Positions 1-14,400 of a stretch of DNA of 64,000 nt are shown here, in pieces; positions within the stretch are counted from its first letter, which is position 1, and each line of letters begins with the position of its first letter. The position numbers and the translations under genes were made by a program. The notes below the pieces were generated by a model. The model was given only the letters and a program-made list of their open reading frames with translations, was not told the origin of the DNA and did not search any database. This DNA comes from Diplonema japonicum (lineage: Eukaryota > Protista > Euglenozoa: Diplonemea): NCBI GenBank assembly GCA_964019335.1, contig OZ025708.1, positions 124,001-188,000 on the forward strand, read 5' to 3'.

Positions 1-26
1 AAAAATCCTTTCACGTTGTAGTACAT
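1..26 (-). CDS. Possible 5' end of a gene running off the window (MYYNVKGF...)
   Basis: Minus-strand ATG at 24-26 follows an A-run, with an upstream pyrimidine tract and AG, like other gene starts here. Only 8 codons are visible. Confidence 0.25.
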
Positions 27-2422
27 ATTTTTTTCTTTCCCCCTCCCCCGTTCTTCAACAATGAGAAATAAAAAAAAGGGGGGCTGCCTTCCTCCCCCCC
101 CCTTTTTTTTTCCTTCTTCCCTTTGATCCCCTCCCTCCTCAAGAGCTAGCTCGTGTGGGGGGAACAGAAGAAAAATATCAATTAAACGGCGACCAACTTT
201 CTTTCTCCCAGAAATTCTTAGAAGAAATAATAAAAAAAAAAAAAAAAACGGAAAGATAAAAAAAGAATGCCAAAAGGGGGAGGGTATTTTTTTTTTTTTT
301 TAACGATACGTATTCATGTGTGTTTGTAGGTGCAGGCTTACTGTTGGAACCTTGAGGTGGGAAAGGGAGTGTTCAAAAAAAATTTTTTTTTCTGCCAGTG
401 TTCTTGTTCCTTTTGTGTTCTGCTGCAGTTCTCGGCTACGCCTTTGGGAAGTGGGGGGGGAAAAAAAAACTAAAAAAAAAAATAAATAAAAAGAAAAGCA
501 AACCTTCTTTTTTTTTCTTCTTTTTGTTGATCTGCTGTTTAAAGAAGATAAAAGTAGGGCCGGGAAAAAAAAAAATATTTTTTCCCCCTCTTTTTTTTTT
601 TTTTTTTTTTATGTCTTCCTTTTCTTTCATATTCGTGCACATTCAAGTGCACCCCCTGAGAGGGAGTATAAGGGTTTACCCGGTTAAAGAGGAAAAATTA
701 AAATAAGCAAAAAAAAAAAGTGGACTTTAAGTTTATAAACCTAGAGTACTGCAAGGGCGACGGTTTGTAGTGTTCTTTTCTTCTTCTTCTTTTTTTTTCT
801 CTTTTTTTTTTTTTTTTTGCGCTGATGAAGTTTTTTTTTTTTTTTTTTTTTTTGTTTTTATGACAATGGTTCCCAAGGTATTCTATAGATACTAGCGCAC
901 AAAGGAAGAGGGAGGGGGAGGAGAAAAAGAAAAGATTTAAAAAGAAAAAAAGAAGAGAAAAAAAAAGAGGGAGGTGTTGGTTGGTTTAATAACATATATA
1001 TAGAGCAGAATCTTTTTTTTTCCCCACCTTCTTCTTTCTTCAAAAAAAAAATGCTGCCATGCCTTATATGATAACACGCACTATGAATGGGAATAGGGAC
1101 GTGGGTTGGGGCATATACTTTTTTTTTTGTTTTTGTTTGTTAATAGAATAAAAACTTTTCTTGTTGATTTTTTTTTCTTTGTTTTCTTGAACATCGATCC
1201 GGAGAGGGGGGGGGGGGCAATTTTCCCTTCTTTTTTTTTATCATCAAAAAATATAAAGGGTGCTGGGGGGTGGCAGTTTCAAGCCAGAAAAAAGAAAAAA
1301 AAGAAAAAAAAACAGTTTTGCAGGGGGTATTTTTTTCTCCCCCCCCCCCGTTTCTAAATCGCAGAAAGAGATAAAATGGGGCAGAAGGAGTATCTGCTTT
1401 CTGTTCGACAAACAAAAAAAATTGCACCTCTGCACCTCCAGAACCTCCGGAAACCGTGTTGAAGGTGGTGTTTTTCTTCTTTTTTTTTCCTTTTTTTTTC
1501 CTCTTCTATTCTTCTCTTGACTTTTTCTTTTTATTTCTTTCGCACCCCCCCTTGTTTTTTTCTTCTTTTTTTCCCCCCTGCTTCCTTTGCAATTGTAGCC
1601 TTGTTCAAACTACAAAGCTAAAGAACAAAAAAAAAAAGAACAAAAAGAAGAAAAAGGGTGGAGGATACAATAAATAGGGAAAATAAAAAAAAACGATTCT
1701 TTTGGGGAGGGGGAAAAAAATGGAGAGAGTAAAGGGAAAGGCAGTAGGTCCGGGAAGGGGGGGGGGGGATTTGGCAGATTTCTTATTTTTTCCCCCCTAG
1801 AAAAGGATGGGGGGGGGGGGAAAGAAAAGAAAAGAAAAAGAAAGAGAAAAAAAAAAAGACAATTTGGCATATAGAGTGAACGGACACATTATTTAGAGTC
1901 TTCAAATCAACCCTTTTTTTAAATTTCATTGACTTTCGTTGCCAATGTCAACCTCAACAGAAGAAAAAGAGAACCCAAGGAAAGAAAAAGAAGACTTGGA
2001 AGGGGGAGGGGGGGGGGGGGTATTGGTTTGTTTCATAACAAAAAAGTCTTTTTTTTCTCTTCTTTTTTTCCTTTTTTTTTAAAATTCCATTCCCCTCTTT
2101 TCGAGCATTTTTCTTTTTTTTCTTTTGTTCAATTCCTTTTGAATTTTAAAAAAAAAAGGAGAATAATAAATTTAAAAAAAAAGCCGAACCCACCCGACTT
2201 CTTTTTATTTTTCTTCAATTTTTTTTCCTTCTTTTTTTGATTTTGGTGTACTTTTTTTTTTTTCTCGTTCTTCTTTTCGTTCCCCTTCTTGTACAAATAA
2301 AGTAGATGGTTTGTAAAAAAGAACAATAAAAAAAAAAAAAGAGATGAGATAAAGGAGGTTCCTGTCTTGGGACGTCCCCCTTGTCTCTTCTTATCTAAAA
2401 AAAATAAAAAAAACCAGTTCAC

Positions 2423-5400
2423 CTACACCCGAACCTGTTCGGCTGCCTGCATCTCTGAAAGGCCTTCCTCGTGGTCAATACCCGAGACAAAGTCCTGGAA
2501 GGAGATGTCATTAGCCTTCCTCTGCCTCAAAACCATGAAGGCCCCGCCTGCACAAGCACCTACCACACCAAGCGCAATGAGGATGTAGACCCAGATGGGA
2601 AGCCCGGAAGATGAACTGCTTTCCTCAGGGACTGCCTCAGGGCCGTTGGCGGCAGCAAGGTTGAGTGGCGACATTGCAAAGCCATCGCACCCCTTGACGA
2701 CAGGCCCACCCACCTGAGGCTCACCTGATCCGTCGGCACACTTGCAGGTGAAGTCCTTCAGCGACTGTGGGGTCGTGACAGGGTCGGTGCAGGACTGCCC
2801 GTGCTCGCAAGGGTCCTTCTCGCACTCATCCATGTAGTCACACCCCTGTACGGGCTTCCCTACCTCTGTCTTGTTGCTTCCCTTGCATGTGCAGATGAAG
2901 TCGCCCTGCGTGGCCATCCCTGTCGGGTCGCTGCACGACTGCCCGTCGCATGCGGTGCCCCCGCTGCACTCGTCCATCTGTTGTTGTTGTTGTTGTTATT
3001 GGTAAGGCATACCATTGTGCAAGTGGTCGGCTTGCCCACTGTGCTGTGCCCTTCGTACTTGGCCATGCACTCGCAGATGTAGTCGCCCAGCGACGTGCTG
3101 CTGGTGTCGGGGTCCCTGCAGTTCTGGTCCACGCCGCACGCGCCCTTGACCTTGCACTCGTCCTTGACGCCGCAGGTGGCCACGGGAGCACCCTTGTTGG
3201 AGGTCTTGTCCTCGTCACACGTGCAGACAAAGTCGTCAGCCACCGTGAACCCAGTGGTGTCCACGCAGCTCTGGCCGTTACACGGGAAGTTCTCGCACTC
3301 ATCAGTAGGCGGTGCCATGGTGGGGGGGGCGGCAGTGGCCGGTGCTTCCGTCGAGGGCTGTGTGGCTTGGAAAACAAAAACAAAAAAAACATCACATACC
3401 GCAGGGCAGGGGGACACAGGGGCACCGGTGGCGGTGTTCATGTTTGTGGGGCACGTGCACACGAAGTCATCCTTCTTGTTAGCCTTGGGGTTGGGGTCGT
3501 TGCAGCTCTGAGTGGCACCGCAGGGCGCAGGGTCGGCAAGGCACTCGTCCAGGTCGTTGCAGCCAGTCACGGGACCGCCAACGTTCGTCTGACCATTGCT
3601 GCATGTGCACACGAAGTCACCCATGGTGGCCGCACCAGTGGGGTCACTGCAGCTCTGGCCATTGCAAGGGTTGGCCGCACATTCATCAGGGATGGGTGCC
3701 ATGGTGTCGGGTGCCATGGTGTTTGGTGCAACGGTCGCCTGTGTTGCTGCTGTTTGACATGCTATCATACCATAGGGCAGGGGTTCACAGGAGCACCGGT
3801 GTTTGTCTTCAAGTTAACCTGGCACGTGCACACGTAGTCGTCCTTCATATTCGCTTTGGGGTTGGGGTCGTTGCAGTTCTGGTTGACACCGCAGGGCGCA
3901 GGGGCTGCAAGGCACTCGTCCAGGTCGTTGCAGCCAGTCACGGGACCGCCAACGTTGGTCTGACCATTGCTGCATGTGCACACGAAGTCACCCATGGTGG
4001 CCGCACCAGTGGGGTCGCTGCAGCTCTGACCATTGCAAGGGTTGGCAACACACTCATCAGGAAGAGGCGCCATGGTGTCGGGCACCATGGTCTCAGGAGC
4101 GTCGGTGGCAGGTGCGTTCGATGCCTGTGTGGTGTGGTGTGGTGTGGTGTATTGTCATTGCATACCATAGGGCAGGGGGACACAGGGGCACCGGTGGCGG
4201 TGTTCATGTTTGTGGGGCACGTGCACACGAAGTCATCCTTCTTGTTAGCCTTGGGGTTGGGGTCGTTGCAGCTCTGAGTGGCACCGCAGGGCGCAGGGAC
4301 TGCAAGGCACTCGTTCAGGTCGTTGCAGCCAGTCACGGGACCGCCAACGTTCGTCTGACCATTGCTGCATGTGCACACGAAGTCACCCATGGTGGCCGCA
4401 CCAGTGGGGTCGCTGCAGCTCTGGCCGTCGCAAGGGTGGACCGCACATTCATCAGGGATGGGTGCCATGGTGTCGGGTGCCATGGTGTCCGGTGCGTTGG
4501 TGGCAGGAGCATCCGTCGGGGGCTGTTGTTGAAATGAAGCAATACATATTACGCATACCGCAGGGCAGGGGGACGCGGGCGCACCGACAGTTGTCTGGCT
4601 GTTGGTTTTGCACGTGCAGACAAAATCGTTCTTAGTAGTAGCAACAGGAGTAGGGTCCACACAGTCCTGGTTCATGCCGCAGGGGGGGCTGCTGGTCTTG
4701 CACTCATCGAACGACTGGCAGCCAACAACAGGGGCACCAACGTTGGTACTGCCATCCATGGCACACAAGCAAACAAAGTCACCCATGGTGGCCGCACCAG
4801 TGGGGTCGCTGCAGCTCTGACCATTGCAAGGGTTGGCAACACACTCATCAGGAAGAGGCGCCATGGTGTCGGGCACCATGGTCTCAGGAGCGTCGGTGGC
4901 AGGTGCGTCAGTGGCCGGCTGATTAAGTAGTTAATTGTTAAGACAAAGCATACCGCAGGGCAGGGGGACACAGGGGCAGCAGTGGCGGTGTTCATGTTTG
5001 TGGTGCACGTGCAGATGAAATCACCAGTCTGGCTCTTCTTGGGGTTGGGGTCGTTGCAGTTCTGGTTCTTACCGCAGGGCGCAGGGTCGGCAAGGCACTC
5101 GTCCAGGTCGTTGCAGCCAGTCACGGGACCGCCAACGTTGGTCTGTCCATTTGCGCATGTGCACACGAAGTCACCCATGGTGGCCGCACCAGTGGGGTCG
5201 CTGCAGCTCTGACCGTCGCAAGGGTCAGTAGCACACTCATCGGCTGGAGCAGGAGTGTCGGGTGCCATGGTGTTAGGGGCATCCGTGGCAGGAGCATCAG
5301 TAGCAGGAGCATCAGTGGTCGGCTGTGTAATTGTTTTACTTTTTCATTTCAGCATACCGCAGGGCAGCCAGTGACGGGCGCACCGACAGTTGTCTGGCTG

Positions 5401-8400
5401 TTGGTTTTGCACGTGCAGACAAAATCGTTCTTAGTAGTAGCAACAGGAGTAGGGTCCACACAGTCCTGGTTCATGCCGCAGGGGGGGCTGCTGGTCTTGC
5501 ACTCATCGAACGACTGGCAGCCAGCGACGGGCGCACCAACGTGGGTACTGCCATCCAAAGCACACAAGCAAACAAAGTCACCCATGGTGGCCGCACCAGT
5601 GGGGTCGCTGCAGCTCTGACCATTGCAAGGGTTGACGGCGCATTCGTCAGCAGGCGCAGGGGTGTCAGGCACCATGGTATCGGGAGCGCTCGTCTTTTTA
5701 TTTTATTTTTATTTTGCTACAACATTACATACCTCAGGAACACAAGTAGCAGCACCACCAACCTTGCTGCCTGTAATCTTTTCGCCGTTAGGACCATCCT
5801 TGCACGTGCACACGAAGTCCATGGTTGATCCAGGGGTTGTGTCACCGTCCAGACAAGTCTGTGTGAGCACAGGACATGGGCCGGAATTGCCAGCCGTAGG
5901 CTTGCATTCATCGTACACACATGTGGTAGGACCACCCACTGTCATCCCTTCACCAACACTGCAGGTGCACACAAAGTCACCAGCGTTGTTGACATCAGGG
6001 TCGCTGCACACTTGGTACTGACCGCACGGGCTGCTCATGCACTCACCAGTTGTGTCACACTCGGCAGGCCCACCGACCTTCGAGACACCGTTCGGGCACG
6101 TGCACACGAAGTCGTTCAGGCTATCAGCCGAGGGGTTGGGGTCGTTGCAGGTTTCTACAACTTCCGGGTGTCCCGCCCAGTCGCAAGGGTTGCCTATATT
6201 GCCGACTTTGCATTCGTCGCACACTGCAACAGGTGCACCTGTGTTGTGCTCTAACCCGAAGGGGCAGCTGCACTCAAAATCACCAGTCACGAGAAGCTCT
6301 GTGTCCTTGCATAGTTGCCCAGGGCCGCAGGGGTTCGCCGTGCACTCATCCGTACCGCAGTTAGGCACTGCCTGCCCCGTGGCTGCAATCATGGTAGTGG
6401 TGCAAGTGCAAGTGAAGTCCTTCTTCGAACCCGCTTCGGTGTTAGGATCGTTGCAAACCTGGTCCGTGCCACAGGGCATGGCATCGCATTCATTCTTTTG
6501 ACATCTTGCAGGGCCATCAACCTGGACAATGGTCATGTCATTGTCACAAGTGCAGGTGAAGTCGTGCTGGCTAGTCTTTGCCTTGTTGGGGTCGTTGCAG
6601 GTCTGGTCCATGCCACAGGGAGCAGGCGTGGCGGCACACTCGTCGACCTCACAAGTAGCAGCAGTACCAGTGGACACAACACCGTTGGTGCAAGTGCAGG
6701 TGTAGTCACCAAGGTTCATAAGGCCAGTGTTGGGGTCATTGCAAGTCTGACCAGTGCCACAAGGCATAGTATCACATTCGTCCTTCTCGCACCTTGCGGG
6801 GCCATCGATCACAACAATGCTTGTGTCCGCATCACAAGTGCAGGTGAAGTCGTGTTGGCTGCTCTTCGCCGGGTTAGGGTCATTGCAGGTCTGGCCCATG
6901 CCGCAGGGAGAGGGCGTAGCGGCACATTCATCGATCTCACAAGTAGCAGCAGTACCAGTGGCAACAACACCGTTGGTGCAAGTGCAGGTGAAGTCACCAA
7001 GGCTCCCAAAACCAGTGTCAGGGTCATTGCAAGTCTGACCAGTGCCACAAGGAGCAGGTGTCGCAGCACACTCATCCTTGGTGCAAGTGGCAGGACCATC
7101 GATTTTCATAATTGTCATGTCATTGTCACAAGTGCAGGTGAAGTCGTGCTGGCTGGTCTTCGCCATGTTAGGGTCATTGCAGGTCTGGCCAGCGCCACAG
7201 GGAGCGGGCATGGCGGCACACTCGTCGATCTCACAAGTGGCAGTGGTACCAGTGGACACAACACCGTTGGTGCAAGTGCAGGTGAAGTCACCAAGGCTCC
7301 CAAGACCAGTGTCAGGGTCATTGCAAGTCTGACCAGTGCCACAAGGAGCAGGTGTCGCAGCACACTCATCCTTGATGCAAGTGGCAGGACCATCGATCTG
7401 GACAATGCTTGTGTCAGAATCACAAGTGCAGGTGAAGTCGTGCTGGCTGGTCTTTGCCATGTTAGGGTCATTGCAGGTCTGGCCAGTGCCACAGGGAGCG
7501 GGCATGGCGGCACACTCGTCGATCTCACAGGTAGCGGCCGTACCAGTGGACACAACACCGTTGGTGCAAGTGCAGGTGAAGTCAAGAACAGAAGCCAAGG
7601 TTTGGACAGGATCATTGCAGACCTGGCCAGTGCCACAAGGCATCGAATCGCATTCGTTCTTAGAGCATGTAGCAGGTGATCCTGTGCTCTTGATGGTCAT
7701 GTCGGCCATGCACGTGCAGACATAGTCCTTCTGCGAAGCAAACGAAGGGTTAGGGTCACTGCATGTCTGGTCCATGTAGCAGGGAGCGGGCATGGCGGCA
7801 CACTCGTCGATCTCACAAGTGGCAGCGGTACCAGTAGTAACAACACCGTTGGTGCAAGTGCAGGTGAAGTCACCAAGGTTCATGAGACCGGTGTTGGGGT
7901 CATTGCAAGTCTGACCAGTGCCACAAGGAGCAGGTGTCGCAGCACACTCATCCTTGGTGCAAGTGGCAGGGCCATCAATCCGGACAATGGTCATGTCATT
8001 GTCACAAGTGCAGGTGAAGTCGTGCTGGCTGGTCTTCGCCATGTCAGGGTCATTGCAGGTCTGGCCAGCGCCACAGGGAGCAGGTGTGGCGGCACACTCG
8101 TCGATCTCACAGGTAGCGGCGGTACCAGTGGACACAACACCGTTGGTGCAAGTGCAGGTGAAGTCACCAAGGCTCCCAAGACCAGTGTCAGGGTCATTGC
8201 AAGTCTGACCAGTGCCACAAGGAGCAGGTGTCGCAGCACACTCATCCTTGATGCAAGTGGCAGGACCATCGATCTGGACAATGCTTGTGTCAGAATCACA
8301 AGTGCAGGTGAAGTCGTGCTGACTGGTCTTCGCCATGTTAGGGTCATTGCAGGTCTGGCCAGTGCCACAGGGAGCGGGCATGGCGGCACACTCGTCGATC

Positions 8401-11400
8401 TCACAGGTAGCGGCCGTACCAGTGGACACAACACCGTTGGTGCAAGTGCAGGTGAAGTCAAGAACAGAAGCCAAGGTTTGGACAGGATCATTGCAGACCT
8501 GGCCAGTGCCACAAGGCATCGAATCGCATTCGTTCTTAGAGCATGTAGCAGGTGATCCTGTGCTCTTGATGGTCATGTCGGACATGCACGTGCAGACATA
8601 GTCCTTCTGCGAAGCAAACGAAGGGTTAGGGTCACTGCATGTCTGATCCATGTAGCAGGGAGCGGGCATGGCGGCACACTCGTCAATTTCACAAGTGGCA
8701 GCGGTACCAGTAGTAACAACACCGTTGGTGCAAGTGCAGGTGAAGTCACCAAGGTTCATGAGACCGGTGTTGGGGTCATTGCAAGTCTGACCAGTGCCAC
8801 AAGGAGCAGGTGTCGCAGCACACTCATCCTTGGTGCAAGTGGCAGGACCATCAGTCTGGACAATGGTCATGTCATTGTCACAAGTGCAGGTGAAGTCGTG
8901 CTGACTGTTCTTCGCCGGGTTGGGGTCATTGCATGTCTGGCCAGTGCCACAGGGAGCAGGTGTGGCGGCACACTCGTCGATCTCACAGGTAGCGGCGGTA
9001 CCAGTGGACACAACACCGTTGGTGCAAGTGCAGGTGAAGTCACCGGCTGAAGAAGGAGCAGGGTTGGGATCATTGCAAGTCTGACCAGTGCCACAGGGGG
9101 CTGTGGTGCACTCATCCTTGGTGCAAGTGGCAGGACCATCAGTCTGGACAATGGTCATGTCATTATCACAAGTGCAGGTGAAGTCGTGCTGGCTGTTCTT
9201 CGCCGGGTTGGGGTCATTGCAGGTCTGGCCAGCGCCACAGGGAGCGGGCATGGCGGCACACTCGTCGATCTCACAGGTAGCGGCGGTACCAGTGGACACA
9301 ACACCGTTGGTGCAAGTGCAGGTGAAGTCACCGGCTGATGAAGGAGAAGGGTTCGGATCATTGCAGACTTGACCAGTGCCACAAGGAGCAGGCATTGCAG
9401 CACACTCATCCTTGGTGCAAGTGGCAGGGCCATCAATCCGGACAATGGTCATGTCATTGTCACAAGTACAGGTGAAGTCGTGTTGGCTGTTCTTCGCCGG
9501 GTTGGGGTCATTGCATGTCTGGCCAGTGCCACAGGGAGCAGGTGTGGCGGCACACTCGTCGATCTCACAAGTGGCGGCGGTACCAGTGGCAACGACACCG
9601 TTGGTGCAAGTGCAGGTGAAGTCACCAGTGGAAGTGGTAGCGGTGGCGGGGTCGTTGCAGGTCTGACCAGTGCCACAGGGCATCGCATTGCACTCGTCCA
9701 GCAAGCACGTCGCCGCACTACCTGTCATCATCCCTGACTTGGGAGCCGTGCAGGTGCACACGAAGTCGTTCATCACTGCCACTGAGGTGTCGGGGTCGTT
9801 GCAGGTCTGCCCCGCCCCGCATGGACTGGCGTCGCATTCGTCCGTGGTGCAGGTGGCTGCCATCCCAGTTGCAGAGCCCGTCCCTGTCGTGCAGGAGCAG
9901 ATGAAGTCGTTCGCCGGTGCCGATGCTTGGTCGGGGTCCACGCAGCTCTGACCCGTCGCACACGGGTTCGGCATGCACTCGTCGTTCGAACCCATGCTGC
10001 ACATGGCAGGGCCGCCCACGTTGGTCGTCGCCATGTTCGGTGCGGGGCACGTGCACACGAAGTCCCCAGTTTTCGCAGCCGAGGTTTGCGGGTCGTTGCA
10101 GGTCTGCGTCATACCGCACGGTGTCGTGCTGCACTCGTCGTTCACGCAAATGGCAGGACCGTCAGTCTTCACAATGGTCATGTCGTTGTCACAAGTGCAA
10201 GTGAAATCGTGAAGCATGTTTGCTGCTGGGTTAGGGTCATTGCAAGTCTGACCAGTACCACAGGGAGCGGGCGTGGCAGTGCACTCGTCGTTGTCACAAG
10301 TAGCAGCACCACCAGTTGTAACAACACCGTTGGTACAGGTGCAAGTGTAGTCACCAGTAGATGAAGGAGAAGTGTTGGGGTCATTGCAGGTCTGACCAGT
10401 GCCACAGGGGGTGGTGGTGCACTCATCCTTGGTGCAGGTGGCAGGACCATCAATCTTCACAATTGTCATGTCACTGTCACAAGTGCAAGTGAAGTCATGA
10501 AGCATGTTTGCTGCTGGGTTAGGGTCGTTGCAGGTCTGACCAGTACCACAGGGAGCAGGTGTGGCAGTGCACTCGTCATTATCGCAGGTGGCGGAACCAC
10601 CAGTTGTCACAACACCGTTGGCACAGGTGCAAGTGTAGTCACCAGTGGATGAAGGAGAAGTGTTGGGGTCATTGCAGGTCTGACCAGTGCCACAGGGGGT
10701 GGTGGTGCACTCATCCTTGGTGCAGGTGGCAGGACCGTCAATCTTCACAATGGTCATGTCATTGTCACAGGTGCAAGTGAAGTCATGAAGCATGTTTGCT
10801 GCTGGGTTAGGGTCATTGCAAGTCTGACCAGTACCACAGGGAGCGGGCGTGGCAGTGCACTCGTCGTTGTCACAAGTAGCAGCACCACCAGTTGTCACAA
10901 CACCGTTGGTACAGGTGCAAGTGTAGTCACCAGTGGATGAAGGAGAAGTGTTGGGGTCATTGCAAGTCTGACCAGTGCCACAGGGGGTGGTGGTGCACTC
11001 ATCCTTGGTGCAGGTGGCAGGACCGTCAACCTTCACAATGGTCATGTCGCTGTCACAGGTGCAAGTGAAGTCATGAAGCATGTTTGCTGCTGGGTTAGGG
11101 TCGTTGCAAGTCTGACCAGTACCACAGGGAGCAGGTGTGGCAGTGCACTCGTCGTTGTCACAAGTAGCAGCACCACCAGTTGTAACAACACCGTTGGTAC
11201 AGGTGCAGGTGTAGTCACCAGTGGATGAAGGAGAAGTGTTGGGGTCACTACAGGTCTGACCGGTGCCACAAGGCATGGCGTCACACTCATCAGAACTGCA
11301 AGTGGCAGGACCGTCAACCTTTACGATAGACATATCACTGTCACAAGTACAGGTGAAGTCATGAAGCATGTTTGCCGCCGTGTTGGGGTCGTTGCAAGTT

Positions 11401-14400
11401 TGGCCAGTACCACAGGGGGCGGGCGTGGCAGTGCACTCGTCATTGGTGCAGGTGGCGGAACCACCAGTTGTCACAACACCGTTGGTACAGGTGCAAGTGT
11501 AGTCACCAGTGGATGAAGGCGAAGTGTTGGGGTCATTGCAAGTCTGACCAGTGCCACAGGGGGTGGTGGTGCACTCATCCTTGGTGCAGGTGGCAGGACC
11601 ATCAGTCTTCACAATGGTCATGTCACTGTCACAGGTGCAAGTGAAGTCATGAAGCATGTTTGCTGCTGGGTTAGGGTCGTTGCAAGTCTGACCAGTACCA
11701 CAGGGAGCAGGTGTGGCAGTGCACTCGTCATTGGTGCAGGTAGCGGAACCACCAGTTGTCACAACACCGTTGGTGCAAGTGCAGGTGTAGTCACCAGTGG
11801 ATGAAGGTGAGTTGTTGGGGTCATTGCAGGTCTGACCGGTACCGCAGGGGGTGGTGGTGCACTCATCCTTGGTGCAGGTGGCAGGACCATCAGTCTTCAC
11901 AATGGTCATGTCATTGTCACAGGTGCAAGTGAAGTCGTGAAGCACATTTGCTGCTGGGTTAGGGTCATTGCAAGTCTGACCAGTACCACAGGGAGCAGGT
12001 GTGGCAGTGCACTCGTCGTCGTCACAAGTAGCAGCACCACCAGTTGTAACAACACCGTTGGTACAGGTGCAGCTGTAGTCACCAGTGGATGAAGGAGAAG
12101 TGTTGGGGTCACTACAGGTCTGACCGGTGCCACAAGGCATGGCGTCACACTCATCAGAACTGCAAGTGGCAGGACCGTCAACCTTTACGATAGACATATC
12201 ACTGTCACAAGTGCAAGTGAAGTCATGAAGCATGTTTGCCGCCGTGTTAGGGTCATTGCAAGTCTGACCAGTACCACAGGGAGCGGGCGTGGCAGTGCAC
12301 TCGTCGTCGTCACAAGTAGCAGCACCACCAGTTGTCACAACACCGTTGGCACAGGTGCAAGTGTAGTCACCAGTGGATGAAGGAGAAGTGTTGGGGTCAT
12401 TGCAAGTCTGACCAGTGCCACAGGGGGTGGTGGTGCACTCATCCTTGGTGCAGGTGGCAGGACCGTCAACCTTCACAATGGTCATGTCGCTGTCACAAGT
12501 ACAGGTGAAGTCATGAAGCATGTTTGCTGCTGGGTTAGGGTCATTGCAAGTCTGACCAGTACCACAGGGTGCAGGTGTGGCAGTGCACTCGTCGTTGTCA
12601 CAAGTAGCAGCACCACCAGTTGTCACAACACCGTTGGTACAGGTGCAAGTGTAGTCACCGGTAGATGAAGGAGAAGTGTTGGGGTCGTTGCAGGTCTGAC
12701 CAGTACCACAGGGGGTGGTGGTGCACTCATCCTTGGTGCAGGTGGCAGGACCATCAACCTTCACAACACTCATGTCACTGTCACAAGTACAGGTGAAGTC
12801 ATGAAGCACATTTGCTGCTGGGTTAGGGTCATTGCAAGTCTGACCAGCACCACAGGGGGCGGGCGTGGCAGTGCACTCGTCATTGGTGCAGGTGGCGGAA
12901 CCACCAGTTGTCACAACACCGTTGGTACAGGTGCAAGTGTAGTCACCAGTGGATGAAGGAGAAGTGTTGGGGTCATTGCAAGTCTGACCAGTGCCACAGG
13001 GGGTGGTGGTGCACTCATCCTTGGTGCAGGTGGCAGGACCGTCAACCTTCACAACACTCATGTCATTGTCACAAGTGCAAGTGAAGTCGTGAAGCACGCT
13101 TGCCGCCGTGTTGGGGTCGTTGCAAGTTTGGCCAGTACCACAGGGAGCGGGCGTGGCAGTGCACTCGTCATTGGTGCAGGTAGCTGGACCACCAGTTGTC
13201 ACAACACCGTTGGTACAGGTGCAAGTGTAGTCACTTGTAGATGAAGGCGAAGTGTTGGGGTCGTTGCAGGTCTGACCAGTACCACAGGGGGTGGTGGTGC
13301 ACTCATCCTTGGTGCAGGTGGCAGGACCATCAATCTTCACAATTGTCATGTCACTGTCACAAGTGCAGGTGAAGTCGTGGGACACGCTCGCCTTGGTGTC
13401 AGGGTCATTGCAGGTCTGTCCGGTGCCGCAGGGGGCAGGTGTGGCGGCGCACTCATCGATGACACAGGTGGGCTGTGCACCGGTGGCCGTGGTGGCGGAG
13501 TCGGCAGTGCAAGTGCACACGTAATTGTTAGGGGCGGTCTGGTCAGCGTCGTTGCACGACTGGTCACTGCCACAGGGGGCAGGTGTGGCCGCGCACTCAT
13601 CGGTCATCGAGGGGCCACTCGTGCAGCCGGTGGCCGCTGTGTTGGGGCTCAGCACGTTTTGTGCATACTCCTTCCCTGCTCCCATGTACCCGAAGTTCCC
13701 AGCTGAGAAGTAATTGCACATCAGATACACGTTGGTGAGACCACCTGATGCCACATGGCACAGAGAACAGCCGATCTTGGTACTGTCCTTCCACACAACT
13801 TGTGTCATGTGGCCTGTGGTGCCGGTGTTGGTGGCAGTACCGTAGTTCCAGCAGCCTTCCTCCTCGCAGAACCAAGCCTGGGTGCCGTCGGCAGGATCGT
13901 AATCGTGGAGCTCCTTGTTTCCGCCAACCATTGCGATGTTCTCACCGTAGCGCTCACCGTTGTTGTCGGGGGGGTTGTTGTGGGTGAGTGACTTCGTGCT
14001 GCAGGTGGTGGTGAAGCCGGTGCTGCTGATGGTGTACGCAGCGATGTTGTCATCGTAGGTGAGGGGACAGGCACCGTGCTTGGCACGGTATTCATTGTGC
14101 TTGGCGAGAACGCTGTCTTTTTGAGCGGGGGAAAGTTGGGAGTAGCAGGCGGTGCTGGTCTTCCCTGTGCAGGAACCGGTAATGGGAGGTGATTGTGTTT
14201 CCTTTGGATCGTAGGTACCAGGGGCGCAAGTGCATGCTGTGCACCCACCCATCCCTACCAGCTGAGGGCAGTCGTAGTTCGAAAGCAGGTCAGCGCAGTT
14301 GTATCCACTGAACATGTCAGTGCAGCCAGCACCTGCCTGAGGACAATACGCAAGGCTTGAAGTGCAGGCACCTAGTGTGCCTGCCTTTCGTGCACCATCA

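Noticed and set aside
398-2422. Many short ORFs rich in K/F/G/P in spacers (also 14.8-15.6, 29-32, 48.8-49.9, 62.1-62.9 kb)
   Set aside because: They are translations of homopolymer runs, with no protein-like composition.
2860-5732. Apparent frameshifts or pseudogenisation of the 3' part of the giant gene (and of CRT, PheRS beta, TAP42)
   Set aside because: Every break is resolved by a short GT-AG intron that restores frame and conserved motifs.
6315-7679. Long plus-strand ORFs antisense to genes (454 aa here; also 20585-21394, 57505-58341, 63016-63960)
   Set aside because: Shadow ORFs arising from codon bias and repeats on the coding minus strand.
6470-13460. Regularly spaced repeats suggestive of a CRISPR array
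   Set aside because: They are in-frame protein-coding repeats with no unique spacers, in a eukaryotic context with no cas genes.
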